64,000 nt of DNA, taken from assembly GCA_002269645.1 (NCBI GenBank), contig NIVC01002077.1, forward strand, positions 1-64,000, in the 5' to 3' direction. The number at the start of each line of letters is the position of its first letter. The stretch's first letter is position 1. Of this stretch, positions 30,336 to 41,231 are shown one piece after another. The DNA is from Macrostomum lignano. Its lineage: Eukaryota. A model generated the notes under the pieces. It did not search any database and was not told the DNA's origin. It saw nothing but the letters and a program-made list of their open reading frames with translations. The translations under genes were made by a program, and so were the position numbers.

Positions 30336-30604
30336 TAAGTTGCACCTTGAAAAAATTAATATTTTCTCCAGAACTTTTCAAACTAGACCTGCCTTTGCTT
30401 CTAATTGGCACACGGCTATTTTAACGCTCGACAACAGCGCCTCGGCAGACCCCATAGCAACCAATCATTAGGTCATTTTCTAATTAAAAAAATAAAATTT
30501 CGAAAGTGCAGGACAACCGCCGGCCGAGATTTAGTTGAAACTCCGCAACGAAGGCCAAACAGGATGCCGATTTCTACTAAACTTTGTTACCTGGACAATC
30601 GCTG

Positions 30605-30607
<3 letters not shown>

Positions 30608-30655
<48 letters not shown>
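30608..30655. repeat. (AG)n microsatellite
   Basis: 48 bp; the mirror (CT)n at 45051-45138 is 88 bp. Confidence 0.97.
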
Positions 30656-30659
<4 letters not shown>

Positions 30660-31116
30660 TGAAAGATGGAAACAGTTGGTCTGGAGTTGTCAGAGTCCCA
30701 GAAGAAGTTCAGCGGCAACCCCCAGGCTGACACAGGATACCGCCTAGCGTAGGGATAAGCCATCTCGTGGGGCGACTTCTGCTGCTGAAGGTCCTCTGCT
30801 GCTGCTGCATAAGCAACAGGGGATGGAGGAACAGAAAGTTTGCAGGGCTGGGCCTGATGAGGGAGATGGCCGTGCGGCACGAGTGCGCGGGCTTCAGGGT
30901 CAGGAGGTTCTTTATTGAGGAGGCCGGGTCTGCTGACAAAGCTGGCCTTTTTGTAAGAGAAGCACCCGCATGTTTAAGTAAGAGGAAACGCTTTATTTAG
31001 TTTCCAAAAAGCTCAAATTTATTGGCCAATTCCAACAGTAAGAGTTGCTGCAATTCCACTGTCTGTGTACGGGACTGCAGAATGCTGGGTGGCCGTGTGG
31101 CTTCAAAGAGAGATGA

Positions 31117-31186
<70 letters not shown>

Positions 31187-31357
31187 ACAGACAGATAGAC
31201 AGACAGACAGACAGAACAGACAGACAGACAGACAGAACAGACAGACAGACAGACAGACAGACAGAACAGACAGACAGACAGACAGAACAGACAGACAGAC
31301 AGAACAGACAGACAGACAGACAGACAGAACAGACAGACAGACAGACAGACAGACAGA

Positions 31358-31423
<66 letters not shown>

Positions 31424-31569
31424 ACAGACAGATAGACAGACAGACAGACAGAACAGACAGACAGACAGACAGACAGAACAGACAGACAGACAGACAGACA
31501 GACAGAACAGACAGACAGACAGACAGAACAGACAGACAGACAGAACAGACAGACAGACAGACAGACAGA

Positions 31570-31618
<49 letters not shown>

Positions 31619-31776
31619 ACAGACAGACAGACAGACAGACAGACAGAACAGACAGACAGAAAGACAGACAGACAGACAGACAGAACAGACAGACAGACAG
31701 ACAGACAGACAGAACAGACAGACAGACAGACAGAACAGACAGACAGACAGACAGACAGAACAGACAGACAGACAGA

Positions 31777-31866
<90 letters not shown>

Positions 31867-31923
31867 ACAGACAGACAGACAGACAGAACAGACAGACAGA
31901 AAGACAGACAGACAGACAGACAC

Positions 31924-31964
<41 letters not shown>

Positions 31965-32012
31965 ACAGACAGACAGACAGACAGACACACAGACAGACAG
32001 ACAGACAGACAG
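31117..32012. repeat. (CAGA)n microsatellite with CAGAA interruptions
   Basis: About 900 bp; the mirror at 43947-44589 is about 640 bp. Confidence 0.97.
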
Positions 32013-32389
32013 CCATAGTCACCTCAGCAGCCGCAGCACCGCCTCCCTAAATAGCGGGAAAATGGCCCAAAGAAGTTTGCTGCAATTTGCGCTTCCCCCT
32101 AGAATTTGCGCAGCAACCGCAGCAGGTGATAAATGGCCCCAAAAAACTTGCGGCACAGCAAGCGCCATCTTGGCGGGTTAATTACGAAAATCGTGGACAA
32201 AGGAAGCAAGCCACTTGCTGCGCAAATTCATTCTTCAATTAGACTAAGAGTTCGCACAACTAAATTACTGTTGCCAGCCAGTGAATTCTGCACATTTCGG
32301 CAGCACGTAATCGTTGATAGTGGCTGGCTTTGAAGGACAAAAATGAAGGTAAAAAGTTTTCATGAATTTTTCGAAATAATAGCATGCCC

Positions 32390-32820
32390 GGGTTTGAGAT
32401 CCCATAATATCATGCCCGAGCTTGAGATCCTACAATATCATCCCTGAGCTTGAAATCTCATCCTGAGATTGAGATCCCATAATCTCATCGCTGAGGTTGA
32501 GATCCTATAATCTCATACCTGAGATTGAGATGTCCAGAATTTCATGCCTGAGATTGAGATCCTATAGTCTCATACCTGAGATTGAGATCCCATAATCTCA
32601 TCCCTGAGATTCAGATCCCATAATCCCATCCCTGAGCTTGAAATCTCATAATCTCATCGCCGAGGCTGAGATCCCATAATCTCATCGCTGAGCTTGAGAT
32701 CTCATAATCTCATCCTGAGCTTGAGATCCATAATCTCATCGCTGAGCTTGAGATCTCATAATCTCATCCTTGAGCTTGACATCCTATAGTCTCATCCCTG
32801 AGATTGGGATCCTATTATCA
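32390..32820. repeat. About 29-nt minisatellite (TGAGATTGAGATCCCATAATCTCATCCC)-like
   Basis: Tandem units; mirror copy at about 43120-43565; a related array lies at 40235-40460. Confidence 0.88.
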
Positions 32821-33264
32821 AATATTATTCTGAGATATTGAAACACCAAAATCCTACCCTAAGATAGGAGCACAGATTTAGAGAATTTCATACTAAATGG
32901 AAGAGAATCAAGGACCCCAGCACTGACTCGGGTGCAAAGTGTCTGCCACTTACAGAATCCAAATCTTCTCGGCCTAAGACGCCATCTGCCAATAAATATC
33001 CCAGATTTTATAAAAAATCTCTTATAAGATTTTCATGCAACGATTTGATACGAAAGAAAAAAATCCAAAAAGCAAATCTGCTGCAGAATATGATTTGTCA
33101 TTTCGCCAGCTTTAGACAGAAAAATGCTAAGACAGATGTATTTGCAAGACTCGGAAAGACATGACAGCAGGCAAGCAAACAGGCAGTACACGTTGAGTGC
33201 GCGAATTTTGGTTGAGTAAATATTAAGCAGGATTATTCTGATCGTCCAATTATCTCCTGCCGCC

Positions 33265-33960
33265 AGTGAAACTCGAGGTCATTGGGGCGCCAGTGAAGCT
33301 CGGGGTCATTGGGGCGCCATTGAAGCTCGGGGTCATTGGGGACGCCATTGAAGTTCGGGGGGTCATTGGGGCGCCAGTGAAGCTCGGGGGGTCATTGGGG
33401 CGCCATTGAAGCTCGGGGGGTCATTGGAGCGCCATTGAAGCTCCGAGGATCATTGGGGCGCCATTGAAGTGCCGATCGAGTCATTGAGGGCGTCATTGAA
33501 GCGCCGAGGTCATTGGGGGCGCCATCTAAGCTTCGAGGGTCATTGGGCGCCATTGAAGCGCCGAGAGTCATTGGGGCGCATTAAGCGCCGAGGAGTCATT
33601 GGCCCAGTGAAGCTCGGGATGTCATTGGGGGCGCCAGTGAAGCTGGGGTCATTGGGGCGCCAGTGAAGCTCGCGGGGTCATTGAGGGCGCAGTGAAGCCG
33701 GGGGTCATTGCGGGCGCCAGTGAAGCTCGGGGGGTCATTGGGGCGCCGGTGAAGCTCGCGGGGTCATTAGAAGCGCCATTGAACCGCCGAGGATCATTGG
33801 GCGTCATTGAAGTGCCGAGGGTCATTGGGGGCGCAGTGAAGCCCCCGAGGGTCATTGGGGCGCCATTGAACGCCGGGATCATTGGGGCCTCATTGAAGTG
33901 CCGAGGGTCATTGGGGGCGCCAGTGAAGCCCCGAGGGTCATTGGGCGCCATTGAACCGCG
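33265..33960. repeat. GC-rich minisatellite (GGGTCATTGGGGCGCCAGTGAAGCTC-like), truncated by the gap
   Basis: The variant order mirrors the distal part of the 41232-42665 array and ends at the N run. Confidence 0.93.
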
Positions 33961-34156
33961 NNNNNNNNNNNNNNNNNNNNNNNNNNNNNNNNNNNNNNNN
34001 NNNNNNNNNNNNNNNNNNNNNNNNNNNNNNNNNNNNNNNNNNNNNNNNNNNNNNNNNNNNNNNNNNNNNNNNNNNNNNNNNNNNNNNNNNNNNNNNNNNN
34101 NNNNNNNNNNNNNNNNNNNNNNNNNNNNNNNNNNNNNNNNNNNNNNNNNNNNNNNN
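33961..34156. other. Assembly gap (196 N)
   Basis: Run of N from 33961 to 34156. Confidence 1.
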
Positions 34157-37028
34157 CAGCCGATCAGCTGACTGCGGCGGCAGCGGGCAGTTACGGCGAG
34201 CGGCGCCCCTGCTGCACTCCTACGTTGCCGACGAGTTGCAAAGCGGTCGGGTTGGCGTCAGCAGCAGCGGCAGCGTCGGTGCTGCCACCGTCAACGACGG
34301 CCTGCTGTACACCGTTCGCTACGCCATCCAACACCGCCTTCTGGAGAAGGTGCGGCTCACTGAGAATCTCCCTCAAGTCCACTGTCTATCTCACTGAGAA
34401 TCTCCCTCAACTCTACTGTCTATCTCACTGAGAATCTCCCTCAACTCTACTGTCTATCTCACTGAGAATCTCCCTCAACTCTACTGTCTATCCCACTGAG
34501 AATCTCCCTCAACTCTACCGTCTATCCCACTGAGAATCTCCCTCAACTCTACTGTCTATCTCACTGGGAATCTCCCTCAACTCTACTGTCTATCCACTGA
34601 GAATCTCCCTCAACTCTACCGTCTATCCCACTGAGAATCTCCCTCAACTCTACTGTCTATCCACTGGAATCTCCCTCAACTCTACTGTCTATCCACTGAG
34701 AATCTCCCTCAACTCTACTGTCTATCCCACTGAGAATCTCCCTCAACTCTACTGTCTATCTCACTGAGAATCTCCCTCAACTCTACTGTCTATCTCACTG
34801 AGAATCTCCCTCAACTCTACTGTCTATCTCACTGAGAATCTCCCTCAACTCTACTGTCTATCTCACTGAGAATCTCCCTCAACTCCACTGTCTACCTCAC
34901 TGAGAATCTCCCTCAACTCCACTGTCTATCTCACTGAGAATCTCCCTCAACTCCACTGTCTATCCACTGAGAATCTCCCTCAACTCCACTGTCTATCTCA
35001 CTGAGAATCTCCCTCAACTCCACTGTCTATCCACTGAGAATCTCCCTCAACTCCACTGTCTATCCACTGAGAATCTCCCTCAACTCCACTGTCTATCCAC
35101 TGAGAATCTCCCTCAACTCCACTGTCTATCCACTGAGAATCTCCCTCAACTCCACTGTCTATCTCACTGAGAATCTCCCTCAAGTCCACTGTCTATCTCA
35201 CTGAGAATCTCCCTCAAGTCCACTGTCTATCTCACTGAGAATCTCCCTCAAGTCCACTGTCTATCTCACTGAGAATCTCCCTCAAGTCCACTGTCTATCC
35301 CACTGAGAATCTCCCTCAACTCTACTGTCTATCTCACTGACAATCTCCTCAAATCCATCTTTTCCATGTTAATCCTAAACGTTATTAACAAGAGCGAGAG
35401 CAATGACTGTAAGAAACAAACTTTTCTCCGCCAGGTACGACCTCGACGGCGCCGAGTTGGACATCGATGAAGACGAAGACGACGTCGAGAATGTCGCTGA
35501 GTTCCGCGGCGGCCGCGCCGACGCCCTGTCGGCCGACGTCGCCGTCTCCCGTTCGCTGCAGTCGGTCGACCTCGCCACTCCGCCGTCGGCATCGCCTCCG
35601 CCGGCCTCCTTGGTTGCGGTGGCGGCGGCGGCGGCTTCTCCGCTGACTCCTCGCTGCTGGTTCAGCTGGCGCGCCGCCTGGCGCCAATCGATCTGGTAGC
35701 CTGGCGCGAAGGCGGCCTCGCAGCCCGCCTGCTGGAGCTGGCGAAGGCGCCCTGCCTGCTGCCGCTCAGCCTGGCCGTGCCGGTCGTCGACGACGACCAG
35801 CCGTTGCGCGGCTGGTGCCGGCCGCTGAACTGCCTTCAACTGGCCGTCGGCCCGCTGGTGTGCCTGCTGGCCAGCGGCCTGTACAGCGTGCCGGTGCCCA
35901 CTGCCGACTCTCAAGTGCTGCTGCTGTACATCTGCGCTCCCGTGCTGGCCGTCATCGCCATTGTGGCCCTGTGCAAATCTGAGACAGACAGGCCGCCTGT
36001 GTGGCATGACTGCCTGGCTTGGCTGGGCTTCATCACCGCTGTGCTCATCATCTACCTGGTGGCTAATGAGGTGGTGGCTCTGCTGCAGGTGCGTTTTCAG
36101 CATCCCGGATCCTCAGTTGCTGGGCCAGCCTCCGAGATCCTCAGTTGCTGGGCCAGCTTCCCAGATCCCCAGTTGCTGTGCCAGCCTCCCAGATCCTCAG
36201 TTTCTGGGCCAGCCTCCCAGATCCTAAGTTTCTGGGCCAGCCTCCCAGATCTGATCCTCAGTTGCTGGGCCACCAGCCTCCCAGATCCTCAGTTGGTGGG
36301 CCAGCCCCCAGATCCCCAGTTGCCGTGCCAGCCTCCCAGATCCCCAGTTGCTGGGTCAGCCTCCCAGATCCCCAGTTGCTGGGCCAGCCTCCCAGATCCC
36401 CAGTTGCTGGGTCAGCCTCCCAGATCCCCAGTTGCTGGGCCAGCCTCCCAGATCCCCAGTTGCTGGGCCAGCCTCCCAGATCCCCAGTTGCTGGGTCAGC
36501 CTCCCAGATCCCCAGTTGCTGGGCCAGCCTCCCAGATCCTCATTTGCTGGGCCAGCCTCCCAGATCCTCAGTTCCCCAATTTCAAGTTTCAAGTTTCCCA
36601 ATCCACTTCAGGCATTCGGCGTCCTGTTGAACGTCTCGAAGGCGACCCTGGGGCTGACCCTGCTAGCCTGGGGCAACAGCGTCGGCGACCTGATCAGCAA
36701 CGTGGCCCTGGCCCGCCGCGGCTACCCCAGAATGGCCATCTCCGCCTGTTTCGGCGGCCCAATGTTCAACCTGTTGGTGGGCGTTGGCCTGTCCTTCACA
36801 GTGCTGCTGGCCAGGCATCGAGCGAGCAGCGTGCGGCTGTTAGGCGACAGGCTCGACTTTGTGCTGCTGGGCGGCCTGGCGGCCAGTCTGTGCTTCACTC
36901 TGGTGTACTCGGTGTTCGGCCGGTTTCAGCTGGGCCGCGGCTACGCCATCGTGCTCCTGCTCATGTACGCTGCCTTTCTCACGCTGGCTCTGCTGGTTGA
37001 GTTCAGGCTGGTGCCGATCTTTGGCTGA
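34157..37028 (+). CDS. SLC8B1: NCLX/CCX-type cation/Ca2+ exchanger, C-terminal half only; exons about 34157-34349, 35435-36088, 36612-37028; at least one frameshift
   Basis: LARRLAPIDLVAWR...LSLAVPVVD...WCRPLNCLQL, YLVANEVVALL, alpha-2 repeat LGLTLLAWGNSVGDLISN, GYPRMAISACFGGPMFNLLVGVG. The N-terminal half (alpha-1 repeat) is absent. The frame changes around 35560-35640 and is ambiguous in the first fragment. Confidence 0.85.
34356..35350. repeat. 33-34-nt intronic minisatellite (CTCACTGAGAATCTCCCTCAACTCTACTGTCTAT)n
   Basis: About 29 tandem units beginning a few nt after the GT donor at 34350. Confidence 0.95.
36105..36570. repeat. About 28-nt intronic minisatellite (CCTCCCAGATCCCCAGTTGCTGGGCCAG)n
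   Basis: Fills the intron at 36089-36611. Confidence 0.93.
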
Positions 37029-37106
37029 TCCATCACCTGCTGCTGGCATTGGGATTGGCTAGAGAGATGGATTTGAGATAGTTGAATGGGCTTGTGAGTG
37101 CGTTGG

Positions 37107-37945
37107 GTGGGTCAGGATTCGGTTTGGTGGGTCAGGATTCGGTTTGGTGGGTCAGGATTCGGTTTGGTGGGTCAGGATTCGGTTTGGTGGGTCAGGATTC
37201 GGTTTGGTGGGTCAGGATTCGGTTTGGTGGGTCAGGATTCGGTTTGGTGGGTCAGGATTCGGTTTGGTGGGTCAGGATTCGGTTTGGTGGGTCAGGATTC
37301 GGTTTGGTGGGTCAGGATTCGTTTGGTGGGTCAGGATTCTGTTTGGTGGGTCAGGATTCTGTTTGGTGGGTCAGGATTCGGTTTGGTGGGTCAGGATTCG
37401 GTTTGGTGGGTTAGGCTTCGATCAGGTGTGTCAGGGTTATTTTAAATGGGTTAGGATTACTTCATAGGTCAGGACTCAGTCACATGAGTCAGGATTTAAT
37501 CAGGTTCAAGATTCAGTCAGATGGGTCAGGATTCAATTAGATGGGTCAGGACTCAGTCAGATGGGTCAGGGTTTAATCACATAAGTTAGTATTAAGCCAG
37601 ATGGGTCAGGATTGAATCAGGTTCAGGATTCAGTCAGATGGGTCAGGATTCAATCAGATGGGTCAGAGTTCAGTCAGATGGTCAGGATTTAATCAGGTGG
37701 GTCAGGAATTGATCAGATGGGTCAGGAATGGATCAGATGGGTCAGAAATTGATCAGATGGGTCAGGGTTCAGTCAGATGGCTCAGGAATTGATCAGATGG
37801 GTCAAGGATCAGTTAGCTGGGTCAGGATTCAATCAGGTGGGCCAAGATTCAATTCGATGGGTCAGGATTCAGTCAGATGGGTCAGAATTCCATCAGATGG
37901 GTCATGTTCAGTAGAGGTAGATCAGGATTCAATCAGGTGGGTCCA
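37107..37945. repeat. 20-nt minisatellite (GGGTCAGGATTCGGTTTGGT)n with a degenerate continuation
   Basis: Near-perfect units at 37107-37400; diverged GGGTCAGGATTCARTCAGAT units to about 37945. Confidence 0.92.
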
Positions 37946-38444
37946 CAGACTAGCCAATGGGCCAAAATTGTGTCAGATAAGTTATTTGCAAATCTTGTTT
38001 GTGACTCACTTTTATAAATGGAAAATCAGAGTTGAAAATCGATAGATGTCTTGCATTACAAAAAACAGCGCAGTGTGTCATAGGCGTGCTGCACTTATCA
38101 TTCGCTGCATTATGACGTTGCTGTATGATTAGATTATATATTTTCTGAACTAATTGGACCACAGATTCGATCAATATTTATTGCAATTTTCTGGATATTT
38201 CACAGAATATTTCTTTTGTTTATACCGAAAATTTATCGCGTTGAATCGAAATATTTTGTACCTCATCGGGTATTTTGCGTATTTTTTATATTTCTTGATT
38301 GCCAAATAGCTTTGAACCTATTGAGAATATGAAATTAATAAATTTTCGTACTCTGATAGCCCCTATTTCGGTTAGGTTTATCTTTCTGAAATTCTTGCCG
38401 CTTTTCTAAATTAATTTTTCTGGTAAATTTGTCCAGTCCAACAC

Positions 38445-38957
38445 CCTAGAGAATCGCCCTGTAACACCCAAGGGAATCGCTCTGTAATACCCTCGAGAAT
38501 CGTCCTGTAACACCCTCGAGAATCGCCCTGTAACACCCAAGGGAATCGCCCTGTAACACCCTCGAGAATCGCCCTGTAACACCCAAGGGAATCGCCCTGT
38601 AACACCCTCGAGAAGCGCCCTGTTACACCCCGAGAATCGCCCTGTAACACCCTCGAGAATCGGCCTGTAACACCCAAGGCAATCCGCCCTGTAACACCCT
38701 CGAGAAGCGCCCTGTAACACCCTCGAGAACCGCCCTGTAACACACGCGACAACGGCTCTGTAACACCCTCGAGAATCGCCCTGTAACGCCCAAGGGAATC
38801 GCCCTGTAACACCCCAAGGGAATCGCCCTGTAACACCCCAAGGGAATCACCCTGTAACACCCAAGGGAATCGCCCTGTAACGCCCTCGAGAAGCGCCCTG
38901 TAACACCCAAGGGAATCGCCCTGTAACACCCTCGAGAATCGCCCTGTAACACTCTTG
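38445..38957. repeat. 23-nt minisatellite (CTCGAGAATCGCCCTGTAACACC / CAAGGGAATCGCCCTGTAACACC)n
   Basis: Two alternating monomer types; ends about 33 nt before the ATG10 start codon. Confidence 0.93.
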
Positions 38958-38989
38958 AGAATCCCGTCACCTTCAGCCTGTCCGGCCCC

Positions 38990-39888
38990 ATGCTGTCCCG
39001 GTCGGCTTTCAACGAGGCGCTGCCGCAGCTCCTCGCCCGCCTCTCTGGCCGCCTCTCCTGGCCGATGCGCCTGGCAACCGTCGGAGCCGAATCCGACACG
39101 CCCGTGATGGAGCTGCAGACCAGCTTCCTGGTTGCCGGCCCTGCTGCTGATGCGTCCGATTCTGCTCCCGTGTTGGTGCAGGTAAATCTCTATCTGCCAA
39201 TCCGCCTCTGTCTCTATCTGCCAATCTGCCAATCCGCCTCTGTCTCTATCTGCCAATCTGCCAGTCCACCTCAGTCTCTATCTGCCAATCTACCTCAGTC
39301 TCTATCTGCCAATATGCCAATCCGCCTCTGTCTCTATCTGCCAATCTGCCAATCCACCTCAGTCTCTATCTGCCAATCTACCTCAGTCTCTATCTGCCAA
39401 TATGCCAATCCACCTCAGTCTATATCTGCCTATCTGCCAATCTGCCGGCCCCAATTCATCTCAGTATCTATCTGCCGGCCTTCCCCTGCCAGGTGCGACT
39501 GCACATTGGCTTCAGCTCTGCCTACGCCTGCCCGGTGCTGCACTTCTGCCTCAGCCAGCCCGACGGCGTCCCCCTGGCAGCCTCCGACGCCGCCGATTTC
39601 GTTCGCGTCAACGTGGAATCGTCGACTGGCGAGGCAGCCGGGCAGCTGGATCTGGCCTCGGTGCTGTCGCAGGTGCCGCATCCGCAGCTGGGCTGCCCCA
39701 TGTACACCCTGCACCCGTGCCGCACCGCAGAGCTCATCGGCAGGCTGACGTCAGCCTCTGAAGCTGACAGAGATGGCAGCGGCGAAGTCCGCGACACGAA
39801 TGCCGCCGCGCTGGCGGTGCTGAGCTGGCTGACTGTCTATGGCCGGGCCGTGGGACTGCAGGTGCCCCAGAGTGCTTCCTGTAGCTGA
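38990..39888 (+). CDS. ATG10: Ubiquitin-like-conjugating E2 enzyme ATG10; exons 38990-39181, 39493-39888, 195 aa
   Basis: LHIGFSSAYACPVLHF, LSQVPHPQLGCPMYTLHPCRT (catalytic HPC), LSWLTVYGRAVGL match the ATG10 pattern. Phase-0 GT-AG intron filled with CTCTATCTGCCAAT repeats. Confidence 0.88.
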
Positions 39889-39974
39889 CTGACTGACTGA
39901 CTGACTGACTGACTGACTGACTGACTGACTGACTGACTGACTGACTGACTGACTGACTGACTGACTGACTGACT
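39885..39974. repeat. (CTGA)n microsatellite overlapping the ATG10 stop codon
   Basis: 90 bp perfect; its first TGA (39886-39888) is the stop codon. Confidence 0.97.
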
Positions 39975-40234
39975 CTATCAAGCGATGCACTGTATCTTGT
40001 CTTTCATGTTTATATTCTTTACTATGCTGCTGATAATTTTGTTAAGTAGTATGATGTAAATTTTCTGTTTATTATTCGTAGCGAAAATGATGGCTATTTG
40101 TTCACGGAATATTCGGGCCTGATGGCCCACGTCCTTTTTCAAAAGGCTGAACGCAGGGACTTCAATGTGTTGTTTTAATTTCTAATTCTAAACATAATTC
40201 TTTTAAGGTCAAGTAATCTCTCATTCAGGGATGA

Positions 40235-40460
40235 GATTTTAGAGATCTCAAATCTCAGGGATAAGATTCTAGGATCTCAATCTCTCTCAAGACTCTAGCA
40301 TGAGATCATAGAATCTCAATCTCAGTGATGAGATCATAGAATCTCAATCTCAGGGATGAGATCATAGAATCTCAATCTCAGGGATGAGATCATAGAATCT
40401 CAATCTCAGTGATGAGATCATAGAATCTCAATCTCAGGGATGAGATCAAAGAATCTCCAG
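40235..40460. repeat. 29-nt minisatellite (GGGATGAGATCATAGAATCTCAATCTCA)-like
   Basis: Tandem units of the same family as 32390-32820 and 43120-43565. Confidence 0.88.
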
Positions 40461-40552
40461 ACCCAAAAGCCGCTGCAGTGCGGCGATCTCAACCAGCTCC
40501 GATCTCTTCAGCCCGCAGCCCTGCCGGCCACCAAAGTGGCTCAGCAGTCTCC

Positions 40553-41185
40553 ATGTTCACCTCTCCGCGCCAGCTGGTCCGCCAGTCCGGCCCCTACGCT
40601 ATCGGCCGCCTCGCCTACCTGCGCCAGCTCGTGTCCGAGTTCCGCCGCTCGGCCGGCCAGCCCGGCGACTCGGACAGCCGACGGCAGGTGCTGGCCAACC
40701 TGGCCAACTTCGCCTACGACCCCGTCAACTTCGATTTCCTCCGCCATCTCAACGTCGTGCCCGGCCTGCTGATGGAGTGCGCAGCCTCCCAGGCAGCCGC
40801 CCCGGACGCTGAGGAGCTGCGCCGATTTGCCTTGGCCGGCATCGCCAACTGCTGTCCGGACCCGGACAATGCCCGCCTGCTGTTGGCGGCCGGCCTGCTG
40901 CCCTGCCTGCGCCAACTCGTCATGGAGCCGCGGCAGCTCCGCGATGCCAGTGATGAGGCTTGGGAGATGCTGCGGCTCAGCCTGACCGTGCTGGCCCAGC
41001 TGGTCGTGTCCGAGAGCGGCCGAGAAGCGGCGGCTTCGGCGGCTGTCGTCGGCGATGCCGAGCTCTGCCAGAGGCTGCGCGACTTGCTGACGGCGGGCGC
41101 CGGCGACGACACGACCGGCGGGTGCAGCGGGCGGCTGGTGTCCAACCTGGCCAGGGTCATCTGCATGGAGCTGGGCGTGGGCTGA
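40553..41185 (+). CDS. ARMC7: Armadillo repeat-containing protein 7-like, single exon, 210 aa
   Basis: MFTS...GRLAYLRQLVSEF...RQVLANLANFAYDPVNFDFLRHLNV...FALAGIANCCPDPDN matches the ARMC7 N-terminal signature. ATG at 40553 is preferred over the upstream non-ATG start in the ORF track. Confidence 0.9.
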   Translation: MFTSPRQLVRQSGPYAIGRLAYLRQLVSEFRRSAGQPGDSDSRRQVLANLANFAYDPVNFDFLRHLNVVPGLLMECAASQAAAPDAEELRRFALAGIANCCPDPDNARLLLAAGLLPCLRQLVMEPRQLRDASDEAWEMLRLSLTVLAQLVVSESGREAAASAAVVGDAELCQRLRDLLTAGAGDDTTGGCSGRLVSNLARVICMELGVG

Positions 41186-41231
41186 CGTCCGGCTGCTGCT
41201 GCTGGCGCACCATGCCTCTCTCTTCCTAATG

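Noticed and set aside
30587-31000. GC-rich island with 76-129-aa ORFs (and mirror at 44706-45215)
   Set aside because: No in-frame ATG for the more protein-like frames, no recognisable domain and no convincing splice pair.
35777-37000. 407-aa ORF reading through the NCLX intron
   Set aside because: Its middle is the 28-nt repeat and its end is an off-frame reading of the last exon; GT-AG splicing at 36088/36612 gives the conserved alpha-2 repeat.
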